Positions 49,115 to 61,865 of a stretch of DNA of 64,000 bases are shown piece by piece (position 1 is the first letter of the stretch; each line of letters starts with the position of its first letter). The DNA comes from Okamejei kenojei (lineage: Eukaryota). The translations under genes were made by a program, and so were the position numbers. A model generated the notes under the pieces. The model worked only from the letters and a program-made list of their open reading frames with translations, had not been told where the DNA came from and did not search any database. The DNA lies in NCBI GenBank assembly GCA_035221665.1, contig CM069131.1, positions 49,042,001-49,106,000 on the forward strand, given 5' to 3'.

Positions 49115-49395
49115 TTTAGTTTAGAGATACAGCATGGAAACAGACCCTTTGGTCAACTGTGTCTGTGCCGACCAACGATCACCTGTACATTAATTGTATC
49201 CTATGCACTAGGAACAATTTACAAAAGCCAATATACCTACAAACCTCAACATTATTGACATGTGGGAGGAAACAGGAGCACCCAGAGAAAACACACGCGG
49301 TCACAGGGAGCATCCGTTCAGACAAAAACCGTGGTCAGGATTGAACCCAGATCTCTGGCGCTGTAAGGCAGCAACTCTACCGTTGCGCCACTGTG
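49115..49395 (-). mobile_element. HE1/V-SINE-type SINE
   Basis: Complete head (gtggcgcaacggtagagttgctgccttacagcgccagagatctgggttcaatcctgac on the - strand) through to the tail. Confidence 0.85.
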
Positions 49396-50251
49396 CGGCC
49401 CAGGTCTGTGGCAGGAATTGACGCGCCTCCTAACCAATCTCTCAAAGCACTTAATTATGGTCAGATCAGGCAGAGCTATGGAAAGTGAAATAGAGTTGAA
49501 GTATCTGGTTTCTTTTCCTTGAATGTTTCCAGCACTTTCTATATTTACTCTTTTTTTTAAGCCTGCAGGCAGTGGGTAGCGTGGGCCCAATTGTAGGTTG
49601 AAAGGGGAGATTTTCCCCTTTGCGGAACAACTTTTTTTACACAAAGGGTGCTAGATATATGGAACATGCTGCAGGAGGAAGTAATTGAGGCAGGTACTAT
49701 CACGACATTTAAGAAACATTTGGACAGGTACATGGATAAAATAGTGTTAGAGGATAGGTGGAAAACATAGGCAAGTGTAGACTAGTGTAGATGGGGCACG
49801 GTGGTTGGTGTGGGCAAGTTGGGCTGAAGCGCATGTTTCCGCATTGTATCACTCTGTCACTAATTCAAGGTATGGTTTGCTCTATAGATGAGGAACAAAA
49901 AAACAGAGGAGTATGAGAAACAGGGGCATAATGGTTGGCTCATCCACTGAAGCAGTAATTCAGAGTAATGTTAAGCTACAATCAAGCTGATAAACAAGAT
50001 AGTTTAAATTCAATCTGCATCACATAATTTGCCTGCACTAAATAACATGGAGAATGATATTATACAGTACCTTTTAACTCAAATAGTGACAGATCTGTTA
50101 GCTGAAATAGGTTGAACTATATTCAGGAAATTACTACAACAATATAGTATAACCTTCTTGCTAAAGTAAATGATCCACGCCAAATATTTATTCTATTTGT
50201 TTGAAGGTTTAATTAGTTGTACAATCACTAAATCTTGCTCTTTGTTATCAG

Positions 50252-50317
50252 CCAACAAGGGAATATTTTGGAAAAGAACCCAACGAATGTGATGAGCAAG
50301 AATTGCAAGAAATCTTG
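50252..50317 (+). CDS. PDE6B: PDE6 exon 11
   Basis: tatcag|PTREYFGKEPNECDEQELQEIL|gtaagg; 66 nt. Confidence 0.9.
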
Positions 50318-51607
50318 GTAAGGCATGACAGAATGCTCCTGCTCAAAGCGTTCTAAACATGGACAGTCTTGGCAAAGTAATATTAAAGCTGCCTTTTATC
50401 AGTCCTGAGCACTAACATGTGCAGCCTACATGCACAGGTGTACATGGACAAGTCACTTACTAGTTCTTCAGCAATGTTAGTTTTGAGTTACTTATGTTAT
50501 GAAATTCTTAAATCTGATGAAGGATCTTGACCTCAAGTGTTGACTTTGTTCAGACATCAATTCCCATCCTACTCCCACCCTGACCTTTCTGTTTGAGGTT
50601 TCTTGCATTCTTACAATGAGGCACAATGTGAGCTTAAGGAACAATGTGAGTTTTTGTCTGAGTATACACCATCCTCTTGGACTCAATATTGAATTCTTCA
50701 ACTTTCGCTATTTCAGACTTTCTTTCCTTCTGCATCAGAATTTGCAATTTCTGCCAGTCAACTATCTGTGATTTTGGTTCAGTTTTTCTCTTTCTATTAG
50801 TTGTAAGGCCCTGCCAGGAATATCCCACAGTCAAGCTGGTTGTAATACACTACACAGACAAAGAAGCACAACCTGATTCTAACCGTCATGTTAACTCATT
50901 TGGTCACACCCTGGCTGAGATATTGTTGTTGTTCTGTTCATCTCTCCCCCACCTTATGTGTTCCTGAAAACTATTTGACTTCTCTCTTTCCCAGTTCTGT
51001 CAAAGATTCTCAGACCAGAAACAATAACAGTTTCCGTTGTCTGAAGAAGGGTCTCAACCCAAAAAGTCACCCATTCCTTCTCTCCAGAGATGCTGCCTGT
51101 CCCTCTGAGTTACTCCAGCTTTTTGTGTCTATCTTTGGTTTAAACCAGCATTGGCAGTTCCTTCTTGCACACTGTTTCCCTTTCCACAGATGCGACCTGC
51201 CCTACTGAATGTTTCCAGCATATTTTAATATTTATTTCACAATTTCGAAGCCAGATTGTGGTTACCACATATACACTTTACCCTTCCATTTTCTCTCCGA
51301 ATTCTACTACCCAGATTTTATTGGGATTGGGTTGAGGCTGAATGTTGCCATGGTGAACAACATGTTTATTCCACCAATAAGTTCTTCTTTAATAATGACA
51401 TTTTTAGTAGCATTGTTAATTAAGCTATCCATTAGAACCATTTCAATATTTCATGATGAGTTCGGTAGATAAATTAATTGGATTCAATAACAAAGGTAAT
51501 TTCATTATTACACGGGGGTCACTTCATATTTTCAGTATTGAATTACCCTTTGAACAGTGTAATAGGTATTTAATGATCTTGCAAACTTTTTATTTTAATT
51601 TAATTTT

Positions 51608-51912
51608 TAGAGATACAGCTTGGAAACAGGCCCTTCAGTGCACCGTCCACACTGACCATCGAGCCGATCACTACTAGTTCTATGTTATCCCACATTCAAC
51701 ATCCTACACACAAGGGGCAATTTACAATTTTCCTACAAATTTTCCTACAAATCTCCACGTCTTTGGAATGTTGAAGGAAACCAGAGCACCTACACAAAAC
51801 ACACATGGTCACAGAAAGAACGTTCAACCTCCATTGTACTGGCAGCACTCGTAGTCAGGATTGGACTTGGGTCTTTGGCGCTATGCAGCATCTCTACTGC
51901 TGTGCCATTGTG
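51608..51912 (-). mobile_element. HE1/V-SINE-type SINE
   Basis: Collinear with 49115-49395. Confidence 0.75.
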
Positions 51913-52060
51913 CTGCCTGTATTGGGAACAGTTTTCAAATGAATGAAACTACAAGTATGATGAGCCTTAAACTGCTTAAGCACACAAATAGAACATTGCA
52001 ACTTACCGTCACTTATCCAACTTTTCCTATTAAACAATGTGACATCGTTTTATTTTCTAG

Positions 52061-52207
52061 GACACGCAACTTCCGGCAGCAGAAGAATTTGACATTTATG
52101 AATTCAGTTTTAGTGATCTTGAACATACTGAGATGGATCTTGTGCGGTGTGGCATTCAGATGTACTACGAATTAAACGTGGTGAACAAATTCCATATTCC
52201 ACGTGAG
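52061..52207 (+). CDS. PDE6B: PDE6 exon 12 (start of catalytic domain)
   Basis: ttctag|[49 protein letters not shown]|gtaggt; 147 nt. Confidence 0.93.
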
Positions 52208-52599
52208 GTAGGTAATTCTATGCGATGAAATGCCTGAAAAGGAAGTGGCCAGAGAATTTTTTGATTTAAGATTCTGGGGGTTCTTTGAAGTATTCAGATT
52301 CTAGATTTAACTTTCAGAAACATTATTGAACAAACTGGACATAACTTTCCAAATAGTCATGGATAGAGCTTGAAACATCTTGAAAACAGACCCTTCCTCC
52401 CACTGAGTCCATGCCACCCTACTTACACTAATCCTACACTAATTTAATTGCATTCTTCCCACATTCCCATCAACTACCCATAGATTCCAGCATTACTGAG
52501 ACACCAAGGGCAATTCACATTAGCCAATTAACCAACCAACTTCACCTCCATCCCTTCAAAAGGAATATCCAACCCTAAAGATTCTCTATTATTGACATT

Positions 52600-53560
52600 T
52601 TGTGGGCGGGCGCGACTCGCGTTGCAGCGGCCCCTACAGCCTGTCTGTCTTTTTAAAATTTTTTTTGTCCAGTTAAATGTAGTTGTTCGTGTTTTTTTTG
52701 TATTGTTTCTAACTGTGTATATGTGGGGGGTGGGGTGGGGTGGGGGGGGGGGGGAAGAGGGGGAAACTTTTTTAATCTCTTCCCATCATGGGAGACCCGA
52801 CTTTTTCCCTGTCGGGTCTCCGTTGTCGTTGGGGCCTAGTGCCATGGAGCGGCCTCCGACCGGGACAACCTGGGGGCTCCAGTCACGGAGCCTGCGGAGT
52901 TGCGGACTTGCCATCATGGGGCTGGCTGGCCTCGGAGCGTGGGGAGCGGTGGTGGATCGCCGCTGCGGCCCGACTCCGGGCTCCAGCTCCAGCTGCGGCC
53001 TGACTCCGGAGCTCCAGCTCCAGCTGCGGCCCGACCCCGGAGCTCCAGCTCCAGCTGCAGATTACTGCCGGTGGACTGTCGGGATATCGGGAGCTCGCGG
53101 GTCCAGGTGGGAGACCGCTCTCCGGAGCTCCGCAACACAACTTCTCCAGCCCGTGTCACGGGGTTGGAACGACCCGGAGTGGGGCCGAACATCACCCGGC
53201 GCGGCTTTAATGGCTGCGGGATATTCCAGCGCCCGCCAGGGGCTCCAATTTTGTGACTTTGGGCCTGGAGCGGGGCCGTACATCACCCAGCACGGCCTCA
53301 ATGGACGTGGGACTTAACACCGCCCGCCTGGGGCTTCAACATCAGGAGAGAAATGGTGCGGGGGAGAGAGAAGAACTTTGCCTTCCATCACAGTGAGGAG
53401 GAGATTCACTGTGATGGATGTTTGTGTGAATTTAATTGTTTGTGTGTTTTTTATTTTTTATTTTTTATGAATTGTTCTGTTTGTATGGTTTGTAGAAACG
53501 GAGTTTCGTTCGAGCCTCTCTGAGGCTCGAATGACAAGTAATAAAATCAAATGTATTGCA
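52600..53560 (+). mobile_element. GC-rich non-autonomous element (hairpin family) with internal ~31-bp tandem repeat
   Basis: CpG-rich body; three gctgcggcccgactccggagctccagctcca units at 52962-53058; hairpins at 53384-53418 and 53509-53531; tgacaa..aataaa end. Confidence 0.65.
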
Positions 53561-53722
53561 TAACATCTAAGTGGATAATTTCAGAGGTATGTAACATGGG
53601 TCATACAGTTCATAATTCCCGAATTCCCTTAAATTGTTAAAGATGATGCATTTTACTGGCTGCTGAAGAAAAGCCTCCCTCATTTTCCTCAATTAACAAA
53701 ATATTCCATGGATATTTCATAG

Positions 53723-53830
53723 GTGCTAGTCCGATTCATTTACTCGTTAAGTAAAGGATATCGAAGAATTACCTACCACAATTGGCGCCATGGATTTAAT
53801 GTTGGGCAAACCATGTTCACTCTTATGATG
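53723..53830 (+). CDS. PDE6B: PDE6 exon 13 (YHN..H metal-binding motif)
   Basis: tcatag|[36 protein letters not shown]|gtaaga; 108 nt. Confidence 0.95.
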
Positions 53831-54786
53831 GTAAGATTATTTCCAAAATTCTATCTTTTTAGAAGAACCATAAGTTTCTAAAATACAGATTAATGACACA
53901 GACTGTTTTTCCCACCTTGCTCGATAAGAAAAGCATTGGTATCCATGAATAATTATACAGAGATATCCATTTAACATTCCAATGTATGACGTCTTTCCTT
54001 TCTGGCTTTCTCCTCCTTTGTTTCAATATCACCTTTAAAATGTGTTAAGATTCATTCTGAAAATGTAAAAATTGTAATTAATCCAAAATATATTTAATTC
54101 TCAAGATGGTTGCTTTTTTCAACCGAGAGCTTGACATTACTAATTGATGTCATGCTTTTAATTTCTTAATTGAAATAATCAAACTGCCAAGGCAGAATGT
54201 GAGCGTATAACCATTGGACTGCTTACCTATGCTACTGGAGTACAAGTTCCATGACGTAACCACAGCACTACCATTACATTCATTACTACTTCACAAAGCA
54301 CCTTTGAGATATATTTTGAAGTTAATGGCCCATATCAATGCAAGATATAAATGTTGTGAAGATAGGCACAAGATGCTGGAGTAACTCAATGGGTCAGGCA
54401 GCATATCTGGAGAAAAAGAATAAGTGACGTTTTGGGTCGAGACATCCAGTCTAGGATGTTCTAGGAAACTTCACCTATTTCCTTTCTCCAGAGGTGCTGC
54501 CTGACCCGCTGATTTACTCCAGCATTTTGTGTCTATTTTTGGTGTACACCAACATCTGCAGTTCCTTCCGACACATCATGTGTTCCTGTTATCCATGTAA
54601 ACAGCATGTAAATAGCTTTACCCTATAAATTCAATGCTCACATTTTTGTGGATCTGCAATTTCTGATTACTGATTCAATATAGGTAAAGATTGATTTTCC
54701 TGCCACTGGAAGTTGCATTAGCAAGGGCTGTGGCCTGCCTTGAAGATCAATTGGACAACATCTCACAGGTTGTTTTATTTCCACAG

Positions 54787-54896
54787 ACCGGTAAATTGAA
54801 AAACTATTATACAGACCTGGAAAGAATGGCCATGTTAACTGCGGGTTTTTGCCATGACATTGATCACAGGGGAACCAACAACTTGTACCAGCTGAA
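54787..54896 (+). CDS. PDE6B: PDE6 exon 14 ([10 protein letters not shown] signature)
   Basis: ccacag|[36 protein letters not shown](K)|gtaagt; 110 nt. Confidence 0.95.
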
Positions 54897-56158
54897 GTAA
54901 GTTGTTTGAGAATAGCTTATTTTCATGTGTATCGAGGTGCAGTGAAAAGCTTTTGTTGCGTGCTAACTGTGTTCATAACCAGATGATAAATTAAACATTG
55001 ATAAATTAATTAACATGTGATAAATAATAGTATTCCAAAATTAATTGGACATTTAATGTTAGATGTGATATTAATGTTTTAGAATCAGAATCAGTAATTC
55101 TGGATTAAAGTGTATTAGCTATAAGGAGAGACTGGATAAACTGTTGAAGGCTGGCAGGTGACTTGATAAAAATATATAAAATTATGAGAGATTGAGTTTA
55201 GAGTGTTTTTCCTGGAGTGGAAATGTCAAATAATAGAGTACAAAGGTTTCTGGTGTGAAGGGGAAAGTTCAAGTAGATTCACTGAGAAAATGCTTGACAT
55301 GGATTGGTAGATGCTTGGGATGTGCTACCTGGGGAGGTGTTGGATGCAGGCACAATAGCAACATATAAGAGGCATCTAGGTAGATACATAAAGTTTTTCA
55401 CTGTATCTCGGTAAACGTTACAAAAATAAACCAATATCAAGCTGCAGGGAAAAGAGGGTATGGACCACATGCAGCCTGATGAGATTAGTTTAATTTCGCC
55501 TCTTGGGCTAGCACCGACATAGTGGGCCAAAGGGCTTTTCCTTGTGTTGCACTCTTTTTATGCTTCTATATACCCCAGTCAATCAAATAGCATCTGCTAA
55601 AAGAAAATAAAACAGTTAATGTTTCAGGTTAGATGACCAACCCTTATTTTGTTAAATTCAATTTATTACATTTCTTAAATACCACTTCAATTTGTGGATA
55701 ATGTTGAACACAGATTAAAAAGCGCAATCTCTTTATAATGGCAGATGATGCCATCTATAATGTAAGAATTGATGTTCATTTAGTAGCGCGATACTACAAT
55801 GATAATTATGATCACGTAGATTTCAACAGATATGGAAATGGCGTGGAAAGGGTAGATTATATGGTGAGTTACCGACATGGAGGGTAACTTACTAACTGGA
55901 TGGGAGGTGGGGGATAGTTTATGGATTGAGAGAATGTGACTTCTTGATAGGAGGGTAGTTTACTGACTTAGGTGGAAAAGACAAAAGGTTACCAGAATGC
56001 ATGAGTTCATTTAGTTTTTACTTATGGCTACATTTCAAAATCATTGAACAAGTCTCTTTGGTTTATCTGTTCCCTTTGTTCATAGTCCTCTGGAAAGTCA
56101 CTGTTGCCCATGGTAACAAGCAACCCACTATTTCTCATTGCTGTTTATTTATTACCAG

Positions 56159-56246
56159 GTCCCAGCACCCATTGGCTAAACTCCATGGTTCTTCAATCAT
56201 GGAGCGTCACCACCTGGAGTTCAGCAAGACTTTACTTGCTGATGAG
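56159..56246 (+). CDS. PDE6B: PDE6 exon 15
   Basis: taccag|[30 protein letters not shown]|gtgagt; 88 nt. Confidence 0.94.
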
Positions 56247-56477
56247 GTGAGTCTTGGAATCGTGTGGACACGTAATTAGTCGGGGTCTTCTTACTGAACT
56301 GATCAGACATTGGAGTGGAATTGAACAGAATGTGGTTGAAAAAGTGTGAGCGGATGGTGTAAATCATTTGTTTGGTACCACTGTCTGTGGATGATAGCTC
56401 ATCACACGTTGACGTTAGTTCTTCCATTTAATTCAAGAGGAATTTCAGCACTTTCAAACTACAAGAGAAAAGTCTGC

Positions 56478-56735
56478 ACAGTGGCGCAGCTGGTAGAGTT
56501 GCTGCCTCGCAGCACCAGAAACCCAGTTTTGACCCTAGCCTCGGGAACTGTCTGCCTGGAGTTTGCACGTTCCCCCTGTGACCACGTGGGTATCCTCTGG
56601 GTGCTCCGATTTCCAAAGATGTACGGGTTTCTAGGTTAAATAGCCTCTGTAAAGTGCATCTGGTCTGTAGGAGTGGGCAGGTGGGAGGAATCAGTGGGCC
56701 GAAGGGCCTGTTTCCATGCTGTATCTCTAAATTTA
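56478..56735 (+). mobile_element. HE1/V-SINE-type SINE
   Basis: cagtggcgcagctggtagagttgctgcc...gggcctgtttccatgctgtatctctaaa. Confidence 0.8.
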
Positions 56736-57967
56736 AAACAATTAAAAACTCAAGGAAACTGAAAATTTGTATTCTATCCCTTAAATTCCCATAAACTCCC
56801 ATAAACTAAGTGAGCAGCAAGAGCCATTCTGAGTACAGGTGACAGATTTCCTTCCTGAAGGATATGAGCAGACCAAATTGAATATTATAAATTAAACAGT
56901 GGCTACATTTGTTATTATTACTAGTTCTAGAATTCCTGTTTACTTACATTAATTTGACGTCCACTCCTGTACTCCGTGGTGGACTCAAGATCACATCTGT
57001 GGATCAGCAATCCAGAAATCTGGATACTAATGCCATAGTTATTAACACCATTGATGGATGGTGTCAGTGGAATTCTTCTTGTGGTTAAAATATTTCTTCA
57101 GCATGGGATGGAGGACTTTAAATTAATAACCTAGTACACAGCTCCAGAAACCTGATCAGAGACAATCTTCCACTTTGACAAAACAGTCATCTTCAATGAT
57201 GACAGTCCATACATTATATGTGGCCACACCATGGAAATGCTGTGCTTTCCTGCAAGGAGGTGTATCAGATGAAGAAGAGGAGAGCTGACCAAATGCCCAC
57301 TGGCATCTTCCTTAAACTGTTCATTAGCATTTCAGGGATGTCACAGGAACAACCCTTCCCTTCAATGTTGATAGCTCCATCTAGCTCGAGAACATCAACA
57401 TCATCATCACCTGAACCCGAGACAGCTCGACCTCTCACCTCTAGGCTGCCATCTTGACATCTTGAATTAGGAGTGGGGATGCAGCACCCGGCCTTCTGAG
57501 TTTGTTTCCTCCATTCCTTAAGATCAAGGCTTCTGATGCTACAGCATCCCATTCCCCCTTTCATCCCCCTACTAATAAGAAAAGAGTCTCAAAAAAGATT
57601 CTGCTACTACCAGTCTTTGAGGAAAAGAGTTCCAAATACTTGAGATCAGAGAGGAAAGAAAATCACGCATCTCTGTTACTAAAGGGCGATGCCATACTTT
57701 TAAATAATGAATCCTAGTTCTAGTTTCTCTCAGAAGAGTCTGTCCAGATCCAACAGGATCTAAAGCTTTACTTGGTATGTACCCTGATATATTATGTACA
57801 TTTTATATGTTTTATGGTGTTATTTTACATGATTGTTAGTAAAACGGTACTTTGTTATTTTCAGAAAATTCTATTAATCTATTTTTAGGTGTTTGGATTT
57901 CTTTAACTGAGAATCTTGAGCTTTGTAATATTGCCAGAGGTTTCTATATTAAAACCAATGGGAAATA

Positions 57968-58175
57968 CCGCGTGGGTTTTTTCCCCAGGGTGCTCTGGTT
58001 TTCCCCCCACACTCCAAAGATATACAGGTTTGTAGGCTAATTTGCTTCAGCAAAAAATGTAAGTTGTCCCTAGTGTGTAGGATAGAGTTAGTGTACGGGG
58101 ATCACTGTTCAGTGCGGACTCTGTGGCTGGAGGGCCTGTTTTCGCGCTGTATCTCTAAACTAAACTGAACTAAAC
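57968..58175 (+). mobile_element. HE1/V-SINE-type SINE, 5'-truncated
   Basis: gcgtgggtttt...ccacactccaaaga...ctgtatctctaaactaaac. Confidence 0.75.
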
Positions 58176-58367
58176 AAGCCACTAAGGACATTTTTTACTA
58201 TTGGTCCTTCATCCATCCATTCTTGTGGGTATTTTCAATTGAATACACCCCAGTTCCACAGCATAGCCAAGAGCTGGTATTTCCAGTGCAGAGAATCACA
58301 ATTTCTATACTGTCCTATGATACCACTGGGCAACCATTTGAAAATTATCCCACCTATTCTCTTCCAG

Positions 58368-58468
58368 TCACTGAACATATTCCAGAACTTGAACAGGAGA
58401 CAGTATGAACACGTCCTACGCCTGATGGACATCGCTATCATTGCTACGGACTTGGCTCTCTACTTTAA
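58368..58468 (+). CDS. PDE6B: PDE6 exon 16 (last exon found in the window)
   Basis: ttccag|[33 protein letters not shown](K)|gtaagg; 101 nt. No following exon recognised before 64000. Confidence 0.95.
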
Positions 58469-58909
58469 GTAAGGGGCAGTAAGTCTCCTTTATTGATGAA
58501 CAGCATTGTTATTCTTCTAGCAGACACAATACATTAGAAAGAGGATCGATGAGGCTTTACAGTGTCTCAGCCAAAGAACTGATGTCACAAAGAGATATTG
58601 ATTGATTGAAATTAGTTATAAAGTCAAAAGATTAAAATAATGCATTGCTACATAGTTTAAATTCTTCCTCACAAGTGCAAACTCTTTGAGATCATATTAC
58701 ATAATTAACCCAACCACATGGCCCTGCTGGGCAAGTTGCAGGTTTTACAAGGTAAGGGCCGAAACTGTAATTGTTATATGGTAAGGCTTTAGCGTATGCT
58801 TCTCTTTTGGGGCAAATCTTCCAGAGCACAGATCTGGCAGAGCCTCCGATCCCCCCTCAGGGGCCCAGCGTCAGAGAGGGGGCACGAGTTCTGAAGAAAG
58901 AAAGGGGAG

Positions 58910-59160
58910 GGGATCCTGACCTTGGATGCTGTTTGTGTGGAGTTTGCATGTTCTCCCTATGACCGCATGGGTTTCCTCCAGGAGCTCTGGTTTCCTCCCA
59001 CATCCCAAAGATGCGCGAAATTTGTAGGTTAATTGGCCTCTGTAAAATTGCCCCGAATGTGTAGGCAATGGATGAGAAAATAGGATAACATAGAACTAAT
59101 GTGAACAGGTGATGGTTGGCATGGACATGGTGGGCTGAAGGGTCTGTTTCCATGCTGTAC
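58910..59160 (+). mobile_element. HE1/V-SINE-type SINE
   Basis: gatcctgacc...gagtttgcatgttctccc...ggtctgtttccatgctgta. Confidence 0.75.
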
Positions 59161-59654
59161 CACTGCACTCCAAACTCTAATGTACCTGAAGTAACAGAGT
59201 TGAGATGCTGGGAAGAAACGTTCTTGTGCTGGCAGTTTGTGGACTGAAACCATCTGCACAATATACCTGGGCTGTCAAAGAAACAAACAAAACGATGGAT
59301 TTTAGAGCATGGCTCATTAACATAAATATAAAGATGTCATTTGAAAAACTGTTTGATGTCGAATGAACAGTGATTAGAGGGATTACAGTGAAGAATATGC
59401 AAGTAATGTAGGGAATAGGGAGAAGAATTTTTGCTATTGAGGAAGTACGTACATATCACAACACAAATGAGGATATTCAACCCATTCGTTCCATTCTGGC
59501 TCCCAAGGGAGCAATTTTATTTGTTCCATTCCCTCTCTTATTTCCCTGGAATCCTGCAAGGTTTTCTGTCTCACCTGTTTGTCAACTCTCCTTTGATTCT
59601 TTTGCCGCATACCTACATAGCCATGAAATTAGCCATGAAACCAACCAGTGCAGA

Positions 59655-60170
59655 TAGACACAAAATGCTGGAGTAACTCAGCGGGAAAGGCAGCATCTTT
59701 GAATAGAAGGAATGGGTGATGTTTTTAGGTCAAGGCCCTTCTTTGGACTGAGAGTCAGGGGACAGGGAGGCACAGAGATTAAGAAAGTAAGGTGTGAAAA
59801 TGAGACATCTAAGAGGACGAAGTTCAAGGAAAATGTAGAATAGATCATTGTCATCTTGGGGAAGGTAAGTTAAAATGTAATCCAGGGGACAGTCAGACTG
59901 GCCAGAGAACTAAGAAGGGGGAGGGATGGAGAGAGAGAGGGAAAACAAGGGTTACAAATTTAGGGAAGTCGATATTCATACAGCTGGGTTGCAAATATGA
60001 GGTGCTGTTCCTCCAATTTGTGTTGGGCCTCAATCTGACAGTGAAAGAGGAACAGGACAGAAAGGTCAGTATGGGAGTGGGAGAAGGAGTTAAAGTGTTT
60101 AACAACCAGGATGTCATGCACGTTTAGGTGGACTGAGCGGAGGTGTTCAGCGACTCGATCACCGAGCCCA
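59655..60170 (-). mobile_element. Penelope-like 3' end: endonuclease tail followed by the hammerhead-motif repeat
   Basis: Minus strand LGDRVAEHLRSV...HFNSFSHSHTDLSV...KLEEQHLIF, then a CT-rich UTR and a degenerate gtccaaagaagggccttgacctaaaaacatcacc...gagttactccagcattttgtgtcta. Confidence 0.8.
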
Positions 60171-60299
60171 GGCGTAATCAAGTTGAATGGAATTGATTAA
60201 ATTTTATTAGCCAAATAAATATACATCCAAGGAATTTGCCTTGGTGTTTTGCTTGCAAGTAACAACACGATATACCAAAGACAATTGGAAAATAAAACA

Positions 60300-61215
60300 T
60301 TATAATTTAATCATGTGAAGATTGCAATAAAATACTGGAGCAAAAGGAGGCAAGAGACATTTGTATGTTGAGTAGAGCTACTGCTCGTGGAAAAAAAGCT
60401 GTTTTTATGTCTGGCTGTGGCGGTGCTCTGAGTCGCCTTCCAGAGGGAAATGCTTCAAAGAGTTTGTGGCCAGGGTGAGAGGTGGTCAGAGATGATCTTG
60501 TCCGCTCACTTCCTAGCCCTTGCAGTGTACAGTTCGTCGATGGGGGGAATGTTGCAGCCAACAACCTTCTCAACTGATCGAACAATTTGCTGCAGCCTCC
60601 GGATGTCGTGCTTGGTGTCTGAGCCAAACCATAATGGAGAAGGTGAGGACAGACTGTGATGGCTGTATAGAATTGGACCATCATTGCCTGTGGCAGATTG
60701 TGTTTTCTCAGCTGCCGCAGGAAGTACATCCCCTGTTGGGCCTTTTTGACTGTGGAGTCAATGTGGCCTCCCATTTTGGGTCCCTGGAGATGATGGTTCC
60801 AAGGAACCAGATGTGACTGTGGTGTTGTTGATGGTGAGTAGGGGGAGCTCTCCTAAAGTCTACAACCAATTCCACCATCTTAAGAGCATTGAGCTCCAGG
60901 TTGTTGCGATGGCACCAGGACGCAGCTGTGCCATTTCCTGTCTGTAGGCAGATTCCTCCCCATCTTGGATCAGTCCAATCAGGGTCGTGTCGTCCGCAAA
61001 CCTGAGAAACTTGACAGAGGTGTCTGGAGGTGCAGCCATTGGTGTAGAGAGTAAAGGAGAGGGGAGAGTACGCAGCCTTGAGGTGTTCCTATGTTGTGGT
61101 TCAGCTGATCCGAGATGTGCTTTACCAGCCTCACATGCTGCTTCCTGTCTGGTGATCCATTGTCAGAGGGGTTCAGGCACAGTCAACTGGGAGAGTTTGG
61201 AGTGTAGTAGCTCTG
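60300..61215 (-). mobile_element. Rex1/Babar-clade LINE 3' part
   Basis: KFLRFADDTTLIGLI (60970-61010), KKAQQGMYFLRQLRK, HPGHKLFEAFPSGRR, FFPRAVALLN. Confidence 0.85.
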
Positions 61216-61539
61216 GCACAATGCAATGTCTCATAAATTCTGTACAAGTTGACATATGTTTGCCTAGAGCTCTTTGTGATCCCAACATACCCTGAATGGC
61301 CAGCCATGCCCATAGCTATGTTTCCATGACATTGGAGTGCGGCCAAGAATGTTCCTACTAGGGAGCCAGTAGCACGCATATCTCAGCACAGCCTGGCCTC
61401 CTGATGTCAACAATGTCCCTAAAATAAGAGTTTGCAGCTATAGTAGGAATGAGGACTTCATGAAATGAATGTCTGAGGCTGGTACAGATCAGATACACTT
61501 ACATGGTGCAACTTACAAAAAGAAACAACTTCACCCAAA

Positions 61540-61865
61540 ATGTTCCCGATGTTGGGGGAGTCTAGAACCAGGGGCCACTGTTTAAGAATAAGGGGTAAGC
61601 CATTTAGAATGGAGACGAGGGAGCACTTTTTCACACACAGAGTCGTGTCTGTGGAATTCTCTGCCTCGGAGGGTGGTGGAGACCGGTTCTCTGGATACTT
61701 TCAACAGAGAGCTAGATAGGGCTCTTAAAGATAGCGGAGTCAGGGGATATGGGGAGAAGGCAGGAACGGGGTACTGATTGTGGATGATCAGCCATGATCA
61801 TATTGAATGGCGGTGCTGGCACGAATGGCCAAATGGCCTACTCCTGCACCTAATGTCTATTGTCT
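61540..61865 (+). mobile_element. CR1 3' fragment
   Basis: atgttcccgatgttgggggagtctagaaccagggg...cctactcctgcaccta-(tgtctat)n. Confidence 0.85.

Noticed and set aside
52962-53058. ~31-bp repeats resembling a CRISPR array
   Set aside because: Contiguous tandem units without unique spacers, in eukaryotic DNA.
52592-53317. 241-aa ORF / CpG-island-like region
   Set aside because: Lies within a GC-rich repeat with internal tandem units; not PDE6 coding and no domain recognised.
56478-56545. tRNA-like sequences with A/B-box motifs
   Set aside because: They are SINE heads continuing into the SINE body; no complete cloverleaf, so not called tRNA genes.
57130-57500. Balanced-composition stretch with ORFs on both strands (possible processed pseudogene or antisense exon)
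   Set aside because: No recognisable protein in the frames I translated and stops interrupt them; a tblastx search would be needed.
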